Of a stretch of 16,792 nt of DNA, positions 1 to 7,363 are shown in pieces. The DNA lies in contig RDOA01000021.1 of the NCBI GenBank assembly GCA_011364925.1, positions 37,511 through 54,302 on the forward strand. Reading direction: 5' to 3'. Under the pieces are notes generated by a model that worked only from the letters and a program-made list of their open reading frames with translations, had not been told where the DNA came from and ran no database searches. Position 1 is the first letter of the stretch. Each line of letters starts with the position of its first letter. This DNA comes from Promethearchaeota archaeon (GTDB lineage Archaea > Asgardarchaeota > Lokiarchaeia > Sigyniarchaeales > SOKP01). The position numbers and the translations under genes are program-made.

Positions 1-519
1 AAAGATATGAGGCTTGTAATGCTTCGCCCTAACGAAATTATGGAATTTTGCGAATTTGCTGGAACAAACGCCGAAGACATTCTTATTTGGGTTGGAAAAT
101 CTCTTGGAAAAATATTTATGGAAAAATTTTTCTACAATAAAGATTGGAGTGCTGAGACCTTAGGTACTAAAAAAGAAGTCGTATTAGGTGCATTAGAAGT
201 AATGATGCTAATGGGTTATGGAGGACTTACAGGTACGTTTAAAAAGGATCATATTATCATAAATGTGTATGAATCTTTAGCGTCTCAGGAAAAAGGGAAT
301 ATTATGGCAAAGAACTTATGTTTATTGTATCTTGGTATTTTCAACAGTGTTTTTGATGTGCTAGGTATCGAAGTAGAAGGAGAAGAAATAGAATGTGTTC
401 TAACTGGAGGAGACAAGTGTTCTTATAAATTTGAACTTCTCGTAGAAGAATTAGATCACAGCTTAATTGATGAAGAAATGTCAGATGTAGCGGTTTCAGA
501 CTTTTTAGCTTCATTATAA
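1..519 (+). CDS. V4R-domain protein (Bet3/TRAPP-like fold), probably 5'-truncated
   Basis: Frame is open from base 1 (AAA GAT ATG), so the true start may lie upstream. It has the V4R C-terminal signature EGEEIECVLTGGDKCSYKF, an upstream Cys (NLCLLYLGIF), GKSLG and MGYG motifs, and an acidic tail. Confidence 0.8.
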   Translation, partial: KDMRLVMLRPNEIMEFCEFAGTNAEDILIWVGKSLGKIFMEKFFYNKDWSAETLGTKKEVVLGALEVMMLMGYGGLTGTFKKDHIIINVYESLASQEKGNIMAKNLCLLYLGIFNSVFDVLGIEVEGEEIECVLTGGDKCSYKFELLVEELDHSLIDEEMSDVAVSDFLASL

Positions 520-606
520 TAAGTCAATTTTTGATAGTTAAAAATATAAAAAATATCTAATTGCTCCTTACTTTTTTATACATAATAAAGATAGGTAATT
601 TTAAAT

Positions 607-816
607 ATGGTAGAAAAACAATTATTAAAACTATCTAAACTATGCGAACATTGGGCAACGCATAACGATTCTCATAAAGAAAGTTTTATAAAGTGGAGAA
701 ATATTGCAACGGAAGAAGGTTTAACTTCTGTAGTAGAAAGATTAAATAAAGCTATTGAGATGATGGATAAATGTACTGAGTATCTTCTCCTGGCAAAAAA
801 CGATCTTGAGAAATAA
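607..816 (+). CDS. Small helical protein with HWxxHNxxH motif, putative metal-binding
   Basis: 69-aa ORF with ATG start and AGGT upstream (592-596). It contains EHWATHNDSH followed by amphipathic helices. Confidence 0.7.
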   Translation: MVEKQLLKLSKLCEHWATHNDSHKESFIKWRNIATEEGLTSVVERLNKAIEMMDKCTEYLLLAKNDLEK

Positions 817-856
817 GTTAGCTAATAGGATAAAATAATTTACGTAAAAAAATTGA

Positions 857-2065
857 TTATAGGAATAAATTAATCAAAGGAAGTAGTTGTTGTTTGAAAT
901 AATCTATTTTTTCATACATTAATTCCACATTATCTGAAAGAAGCCATAAATATACGGGTATATTTAACTCTGAATATTCAAAGAGTTTTTCTCCTCGAAT
1001 ACTAAAGCCATTCAGAGGAAAATTAAGCGTCATCGAAGGTTCTCTCATTAATCCAATTGAATTATGAAAATTTGAAAGCGTTTGCATAATTAATGCGGTA
1101 TTGTTTAAGAGAGCCTCGTCAATATCAGAATTCGTAAAACTTCCGAATATTAATCCATCCATAGAAATCAAACTTGTTGCCTTTCCCTCAATTGTATTTG
1201 TGAAATCTTCAAGAATATTTACTATAATTTCAGAAGTTTCAGAAACTAGCTTCAAAGCTTCGCTAAACATTTGCATTATCGTTTCTCTCTGATATATAGT
1301 TGTGTCGGCATAACTGATAGTTGTCTTTTCGTGCTCTCTTATGATATTATTGAACTTATTTTTTATAGCGTTGACATTATTCTGCCATTCTAGAGTTGTA
1401 CGAACATCTTGATCACTTTTAGACAAAACCACCAACACAGGAGGAAATTCATTTAAATCATTCAATACTTTTAAGACTTGACGGAAATAATTAGCTGCTT
1501 CAGCGAATCTATCGCTATCTTGGGTGTCAATAACATATAAAACAAGATCTGCTTCAGTAAAAAACAATTCTGGTCGATTAAAATAGAGTTTTTCTCGGTA
1601 TTGAACCTGACCTCCTAAATCCCAAGAAAGTATTGGATACCCAAAGAAATCTAATTTCTCTCGTTTTACGCCCCTTGTTGGTAGAAGAGACTTAATGATT
1701 GAAAATTTATCTTGTAGAACAGCTAAGATGCTGGTTTTTCCACCATTATCCAAACCGATCATTAATAACTTTTTATGGGATTTTATTTTCTCTTTTATCG
1801 CTTTTTCTAATACTTGAGCGATTTTAACCCATTTTACAAGGACAGAAGGAGGGATCTCTTTGATATCAGGAAGATTCTCTAATGAAAGATGTGCTAACTC
1901 TTCTATGTTTTTTACATTGTATTCAGCCAATTTTTCAGAAGAAATTTGGTCTATCCCAATTAGAGTATCCGGCTTGAATTTTAAGGCTTCGTCTAACTCG
2001 TTAAGGATAATCGAACTTTTGAAAAAATCTTTAATTACAATGTTCCTAGTCTCTTCTTCAGTCAT
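857..2065 (-). CDS. Arf/Rag-like small GTPase with N-terminal helix-hairpin-helix-like domain and C-terminal roadblock-like domain
   Basis: G1 GLDNGGKTS, G2 PTRG, G3 WDLGGQ, G4 SKSD and a G5-like TTIY. The C-terminal ATSLISMDGLIFGS is a roadblock-type motif. The N-terminal LIGIDQISSEKLAEYNVKNIEELA is HhH-like. Confidence 0.88.
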   Translation of the reverse strand: MTEEETRNIVIKDFFKSSIILNELDEALKFKPDTLIGIDQISSEKLAEYNVKNIEELAHLSLENLPDIKEIPPSVLVKWVKIAQVLEKAIKEKIKSHKKLLMIGLDNGGKTSILAVLQDKFSIIKSLLPTRGVKREKLDFFGYPILSWDLGGQVQYREKLYFNRPELFFTEADLVLYVIDTQDSDRFAEAANYFRQVLKVLNDLNEFPPVLVVLSKSDQDVRTTLEWQNNVNAIKNKFNNIIREHEKTTISYADTTIYQRETIMQMFSEALKLVSETSEIIVNILEDFTNTIEGKATSLISMDGLIFGSFTNSDIDEALLNNTALIMQTLSNFHNSIGLMREPSMTLNFPLNGFSIRGEKLFEYSELNIPVYLWLLSDNVELMYEKIDYFKQQLLPLINLFL

Positions 2066-2238
2066 GGTACATCGGATTTAATATCAAATTAACTATTTTT
2101 TATACTATAAGTTTATTTTATAGTAAAAGATCTAATTAATAAAATTTTAGTTTTGTGTAAAACCATAATTATTTATTATACTTGTATCATATAAATTTTA
2201 GAAATAAATAAGGGCTTTTGTAAAAGCATAAAGGGTAA

Positions 2239-3438
2239 TTGATATTGTCTGAACGGCACCCAGAAAACATTGTTATCTGTATTGACACATCTAGATCTAT
2301 GTACCGTGCAGATTATAAACCAAATCGCTTGAGAAGCAGCGTAGAAGCCGTTAAAAAATTAGTAAACGAAAGATTTGCGGGAGATAACTCTTCTGCTTTT
2401 GCGGTTGTTAATTTTTCAGACAATCCAAAAAAAAGTGTTGATTTTACCGCTGATACAAGCCTAATCTTTGAAGCTTTAGACTCATTGGAAGTCTCAGGGA
2501 AATCAGCTATGGGTGAAGCTATAGGTTTATCAATTAAGTTGATTATTTCCGAGTTGCGTAAAATTGAGGCTAAAATTCCTCGTATTCTTGTTATATCTGA
2601 TGGTAATTTCACTAATACCTCCGTAGATCCATTGAAAATGGCTCGTTTAGCACAAGGATTAAATATTAAAATAGACGCATTTCGTTTAGGTGAACTGTCT
2701 CCTCTAAATACATTAAAAAGGATGAGCGATCTCACAGGAGGTAATTATTATTATAATAATGACGATCAATCGTTATTACAAGCAGCACACGATTTGGCTA
2801 TTTCAAATATAAAAACCTACGGTGATGGAGCTGCGGCATTTATCGAAAACCCTGCTTTTCTCCGAAAAATTGCTGCTAATCTTTTACGAGTTCAAGATTT
2901 AACTAAAGATCAAGAACAACGCTTACTACAAATAAGAGGTTTGGCAGATTATAAAAAATGTTCTATATGTTTTTCTGATGAGAATCCATACACGAAAAGT
3001 TCTTTTTATGTTAGCGGCCGTTATTGCCCTAACTGCCAAACGCCATATCATGTCCATTGTTTATCATCTTGGGCTAATTCTCAAAAGGAAAAAATTATGA
3101 AACAAGCAGGGACAGTGCGATGCCCTCATTGTTTTTATTTATTGAAAATACCTGCTGAAGTCTCACAAGTCCAAAAACTCACATCTCTTGCGAAACCTAT
3201 TATTAAAGAAAAGAAGGAACCTGCTATACCTGAAATCTCCCATGTAGAAAAGATTGATTTCCGTGCCCTAAATTCAGATGCAATGTTCAATTCTTGTCCC
3301 GTGTGTCATTATATATTCGAAGAAGGTCAAAATATCCTTCAGTGCCAAAACTGTGAAACTTTATACCATGAAAAATGTTTCAAAGATTTACATGAAAGTA
3401 GATGTAAAAGTTGCGGTGTAAAATTGCATCAATTCTGA
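2239..3438 (+). CDS. vWA-domain protein with two C4HC3 RING/PHD-like zinc fingers (Ssl1/p44-like architecture)
   Basis: MIDAS motif DTSRS within IVICIDTSRSMYRADYKPNRL, plus ILVISDG and TGGNY. Finger 1 is CSIC-x18-CPNC-x4-HxxC-x20-CPHC; finger 2 is CPVC-x12-CQNC-x4-HxxC-x8-CKSC. TTG start preceded by AGGGT. Confidence 0.88.
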   Translation: MILSERHPENIVICIDTSRSMYRADYKPNRLRSSVEAVKKLVNERFAGDNSSAFAVVNFSDNPKKSVDFTADTSLIFEALDSLEVSGKSAMGEAIGLSIKLIISELRKIEAKIPRILVISDGNFTNTSVDPLKMARLAQGLNIKIDAFRLGELSPLNTLKRMSDLTGGNYYYNNDDQSLLQAAHDLAISNIKTYGDGAAAFIENPAFLRKIAANLLRVQDLTKDQEQRLLQIRGLADYKKCSICFSDENPYTKSSFYVSGRYCPNCQTPYHVHCLSSWANSQKEKIMKQAGTVRCPHCFYLLKIPAEVSQVQKLTSLAKPIIKEKKEPAIPEISHVEKIDFRALNSDAMFNSCPVCHYIFEEGQNILQCQNCETLYHEKCFKDLHESRCKSCGVKLHQF

Positions 3439-3531
3439 TCATTTCGCTTTTAAATTTCCACTAAAATACTATTTATAAATATGGATGGAGGATTTTTTAT
3501 CTTAACAACCAATTATAATTAAGTACCAGAT

Positions 3532-4413
3532 ATGATTTCAGATTATTTTTTATACGATGACATGAAATTAGGTTTCGGACATTTCGATTTACCGCCATTT
3601 CTAATAGGTACAATGTTCTATCAAGGACAAACGATTCTAGACAGGAATAATCCGCGTCAATTTGATGAGACTAAGGCGAAAAAGAGAATTGACGCTCATA
3701 TGAGCTTGATGGAACAATACAAACTCCCAGGGTTAATCGAAATATCTGCGGTAACACCAGAAGCGATGGTTAAATATTTAGATTTTTATTTAACAAGTTA
3801 CAAACCTCCATTCGTTTTAGGTGGTAGCTTTGACGCCAAAATTGCGGGAATTGAATATTTGAACGAAAATGGCATTAAAAGTGATGAATACATTTATAAC
3901 TCATTATCAAATCTTAAGAATCAAAGCGAACTTGAACTCATTAAGAAACATCGAATATCTTCGATGGTAGTTTTAATCCTTGGAGCTAGTAACATGAATT
4001 CATCTCAAAGATTTGCTTATATTACTGATAAAAACCAACCTGGAAATATAAGTATAATCGATGGATTAAAAAAACATGGAGTTGATAAAATTTGGATCGA
4101 CGGAGGTGTTATTGATATTGAAAGCTTATCACATATCCTCGATACGCAACAAATAGTTAGTCGTTCTCTTAAACTTCCGGTTGGTACTGCCCCTACTCTT
4201 TTTCTATTTAAATATTCTTCTCCTAGATTAAATCTTAAATATCATACTAAATATCGTAAAGCGAGTGTCATGTTTATAGCGTCTTGGTACTCCAATTTTA
4301 TATTTTATGGAGCAATTGAGGACGCAAAAGAATGTTTTGCGTCGGTTTATCAAGCTTTAGAACTAAAAAATGTGATGAAAAACAACAATATTAGACTTTT
4401 TGACAAGATTTAA
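3532..4413 (+). CDS. mtrH: MtrH-family (tetrahydromethanopterin/tetrahydrofolate:corrinoid) methyltransferase homologue
   Basis: N-terminal PPFLIGTMFYQGQ matches the MtrH PTVLxGTIFY motif. Also TPEAMVKYLDF, IYNSL, LPVGTAP and FIFYGAIE; 293 aa. No other mtr subunits are in the window. Confidence 0.78.
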   Translation: MISDYFLYDDMKLGFGHFDLPPFLIGTMFYQGQTILDRNNPRQFDETKAKKRIDAHMSLMEQYKLPGLIEISAVTPEAMVKYLDFYLTSYKPPFVLGGSFDAKIAGIEYLNENGIKSDEYIYNSLSNLKNQSELELIKKHRISSMVVLILGASNMNSSQRFAYITDKNQPGNISIIDGLKKHGVDKIWIDGGVIDIESLSHILDTQQIVSRSLKLPVGTAPTLFLFKYSSPRLNLKYHTKYRKASVMFIASWYSNFIFYGAIEDAKECFASVYQALELKNVMKNNNIRLFDKI

Positions 4414-4456
4414 TCATATTTATTAGGAAATTAGGTTATTATCAAAATTTAAATAA

Positions 4457-4518
4457 GCTTAATTGCATACATTAAGCATGGAGATTTCTAAATTAGGTTT
4501 CCTAATTAGTAAGATCTC
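4457..4518. promoter_or_regulatory. Two adjacent inverted repeats in the mtrH / TPR-gene spacer
   Basis: GCTTAAT-7nt-ATTAAGC (4457-4477) and AATTAGG-ttt-CCTAATT (4491-4507). The second extends imperfectly to GAGAT...ATCTC (4481-4518). Confidence 0.4.
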
Positions 4519-4550
4519 ATTAATTTCAAACTTCCAGTGTAATATTGAAA

Positions 4551-5696
4551 ATGTATAATAACGATGAAGTAGAAGAAAAAGAAGTTGAGGCAATCAAATT
4601 AATTGACTATGCTGAAACATTGGCTGATAGTGGAAAGGGAGATGACGCAATAAGAGAATATGAAAAAGCAGCCCAAATTTATCTTGATTTAGGGAGTTAT
4701 ATTAAATTAGATGAGTTGTATATTAGAATAACTCGAATAATCTCTCAATTTAAAAACAACATCCAAGCGGTATACCGACTAAAGTCTATCATTCGAAAAA
4801 CTGAGGAGTTAATGCTACACGAAATCTCAGCAAAATTGTTGGTTCAATTAGGTAATATCTCCTTTAGAATGAAAGATTGGGAGACTGCTGGAGAAAGTTG
4901 GAAAAAAGCTTCAGAATATTTTTTGGAGTCAGATCCCGAAGATTATAATAATTTAGCCTCGATTCTTCTGTTAGAAGCTGGTCAAGCATTTGAAAAATCT
5001 CAACTTACAAAAGATATAGGTAAACAGTTGATTTTAAAGGCAGTTATGATCATTAATGAATTCGATGAATTATACAAACAAGAGGAAAAAAAAGCTCACT
5101 ATTTACTTTTAAATAAAGAATTCGAAGCTGCTGCCGATAAATTTTATACAATTTCAACTTATTTTAAAAAGTCGTTAGAAAACCTTGAAGATTTGTTAAA
5201 GGATGCAGAATCTAAAAATACTGTATTGAACGCTAAGGCAAGATTCATACATTTCGTCGCAGAGTATCAAACTTTCTCAGCAATATGCTTATCTGTTACA
5301 GAAAATCCAGATTACAAAGAGAAAATTATCGACCTTGGTAAGGATTCGATAAATCTCTTTAAAACATCTATATCACTTCTGAAAGATTACCTTAATCAAT
5401 TTAATAAAGATTTTGATAAAGAAATCATTTTAAGAATTACTTTTGACACGATGTTGTTATCAATTCTCCAAAAGATTGTAAAAAGCGAAGATATAATCTG
5501 TAGTGAATTTTTATTAAATGAACTTGAGCAAAATAAAGCATTGGTAGAAACCCTAAAAAAAAGCCCCTACTACATAATTGTTGTAAAAATTGAAAAAACC
5601 GGTTTTGATGATGCTTTTGACGATCTCTTATCGATAAATTTAGGTCATTTTGAAAAAATCAAAAATGTTCTAATAACTAGTTTACAGGAGAAATAG
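4551..5696 (+). CDS. Alpha-helical repeat (TPR / alpha-SNAP-like) protein
   Basis: Repeated helical units such as AIREYEKAAQIYLDLG, WETAGESWKKASEYF and FEAAADKFYTISTYF. ATG at 4551, with an alternative TTG at 4545. Confidence 0.7.
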   Translation: MYNNDEVEEKEVEAIKLIDYAETLADSGKGDDAIREYEKAAQIYLDLGSYIKLDELYIRITRIISQFKNNIQAVYRLKSIIRKTEELMLHEISAKLLVQLGNISFRMKDWETAGESWKKASEYFLESDPEDYNNLASILLLEAGQAFEKSQLTKDIGKQLILKAVMIINEFDELYKQEEKKAHYLLLNKEFEAAADKFYTISTYFKKSLENLEDLLKDAESKNTVLNAKARFIHFVAEYQTFSAICLSVTENPDYKEKIIDLGKDSINLFKTSISLLKDYLNQFNKDFDKEIILRITFDTMLLSILQKIVKSEDIICSEFLLNELEQNKALVETLKKSPYYIIVVKIEKTGFDDAFDDLLSINLGHFEKIKNVLITSLQEK

Positions 5697-5736
5697 CAGC
5701 AGTTTAGAATATAATTTTGACGACAAAAGGTAAATA

Positions 5737-6123
5737 TTAAAAATTTATGATTACCTTTTCGTATTTCACTTTACTAATTTTTCTTACACCGTGATTACCA
5801 GAGCAATAATTGCAATATATTAGGCCCGCTTCTTGAAGATTTTTAATTTGCGCAGAGATATTTGCTTCCGTCATTTTTAAAATTGAAGCAATATTAGAAA
5901 CATCCATTCCATCATCTGAGTTTCGAATCAGGTTCAATATTATCCGTCTTGTTGGTGACGTGAGTGCCTTTGCTATCTTTTGTATTTGATTTTGCGAATT
6001 CTCGGTGGGAAAACCGTTATTTTCACTATTTAATTCTAATTCTAATACCACATCTGCTTCTGACTTTTTTAACGCTGAATCTGTCAATTCAGAACTTGAT
6101 ATATTGGTCTCGCTCAATTCCAT
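5737..6123 (-). CDS. ArsR/SmtB-like winged-helix transcriptional regulator
   Basis: KALTSPTRRIILNLI...MDVSNIASILKMTEANISAQIKNLQEAGLI, followed by a CxxC-containing wing (YCNYCSGNHG). Confidence 0.85.
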   Translation of the reverse strand: MELSETNISSSELTDSALKKSEADVVLELELNSENNGFPTENSQNQIQKIAKALTSPTRRIILNLIRNSDDGMDVSNIASILKMTEANISAQIKNLQEAGLIYCNYCSGNHGVRKISKVKYEKVIINF

Positions 6124-6229
6124 ATATAACTTTCAACCCTAAACAAAATTTTTAAGTGATCTTTTATCTTGGGATACATGTTTACAAAGTTTATTTATCC
6201 TTTTAAGTGTAATTCAATATTCAAATCAT

Positions 6230-6272
6230 TACATTTTACTACATATGTTACATAATTCTACATTATATACAA
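6230..6272. repeat. Phased TACAT direct-repeat array, candidate operator
   Basis: TACAT at 6230, 6240, 6249 and 6259, and TACAA at 6268 (spacing 10, 9, 10, 9 bp). Confidence 0.55.
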
Positions 6273-6741
6273 AAAATTGATATTAGGAATAAGTTTTCTG
6301 AAAGAGGTTGATCTTAAAAATTATTGACAAAAAATGATATATCTCTCAAAATTTTTTTAAATTTACTTTATGATAATGTGTTGCTGCATTTAATTTTCCT
6401 GACTTAACATCTCTTTTAATCAAAAGGATGTTTATTTAATATATATAGCTTTAAAACGAATTTAGGAATTTTTTTTTTTTTCACATGAAAATAAATAAAA
6501 AGACAAAATTGTTGAGAAAATTCAATGTATTTTAAAATTCTTATTTTTCCCGGTTATATCTTAAATAAAATGGAATATATCTAATTAATGTAATAATTAA
6601 ATTGAAGATTATAATTTCACATTATTCAATCATAATTTATTTTTTCAAAATATAATGATTAAAATACTTTGATTACATTAGTAACATAGATAATTAAATG
6701 CATACAATTTTTGCAACAAATTAGATAAGAGGTTGGCTTAA

Positions 6742-7356
6742 TTGAGTGAAGATCCTACTCCTAAGCGCGCAACTAAAGTCATAACAATAAGAATTGATGA
6801 AGAATTGAACGAATATTTAGATAGAATGCACAAAAGGCTTGGTGTGTCCAAAACGAGTCTTATAAAAAATTATTTAGGGCTTTCTAAATTTATTGTTAAG
6901 CATAAATCAACGCTGCAATCGCTAAATGATCGAGACTTGATTATTATAAAACGAAGTCACTTACGGAATCTGGTTGAACGCTTAGATGAAAGCGATCAGT
7001 TATTATTTGGAGATAAATTAGGTGTTTTTGTAAATGATATCGCCAGAATATACGGAAAGCAAGAAGATATTACTTATAAAGTTGATTTTTGCGACAATTT
7101 AGGATATTTTAGCAGTATCATAGACGATGATAATAATTTGCTCGTAGTAAAAAAATTAGGACCAAAGAAATTTGTAGAAGCTTTTTTATGGCGACTATTT
7201 GAGCAAAAAGAGTTAAATCCTAACTATATAGAAGAAGAAATGAAAGGAAATAAAAGTTTACGGCAAAGATATAATAACCAAGTTAAGGAATTAGATATCT
7301 CATCCTCCCATTATTCGTATGAGTTTGCGAAAATCCCAGATAAAAATAAAGAGTAA
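6742..7356 (+). CDS. Ribbon-helix-helix (CopG-like) regulator with a C-terminal domain of possible V4R-like fold
   Basis: KVITIRIDEELNEYLDRMHKRLGVSKTSLIKNYL is a typical RHH beta-alpha-alpha. TTG start with upstream GAGGT; the first ATG lies inside the RHH domain. Confidence 0.8.
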   Translation: MSEDPTPKRATKVITIRIDEELNEYLDRMHKRLGVSKTSLIKNYLGLSKFIVKHKSTLQSLNDRDLIIIKRSHLRNLVERLDESDQLLFGDKLGVFVNDIARIYGKQEDITYKVDFCDNLGYFSSIIDDDNNLLVVKKLGPKKFVEAFLWRLFEQKELNPNYIEEEMKGNKSLRQRYNNQVKELDISSSHYSYEFAKIPDKNKE

Positions 7357-7363
7357 AGATTAT

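Noticed and set aside
1101-2081. ORFs 1101..1292 (+) and 1860..2081 (+)
   Set aside because: Antisense shadows of the GTPase gene with no recognisable motifs.
2313-2735. 140-aa minus-strand ORF
   Set aside because: Entirely antisense to the well-supported vWA domain.
3436-3453. Possible selenocysteine readthrough of the vWA-RING TGA stop
   Set aside because: Only four codons follow before TAA, both fingers are complete with Cys/His, and no convincing SECIS-like hairpin was seen.
5964-6155. 63-aa hydrophobic plus-strand ORF
   Set aside because: Antisense to the ArsR gene; its hydrophobicity is explained by AT-rich codons.
6124-6741. Long spacer as CRISPR array, tRNA or IS remnant
   Set aside because: No repeat-spacer periodicity, cloverleaf, terminal inverted repeats or transposase fragment visible.
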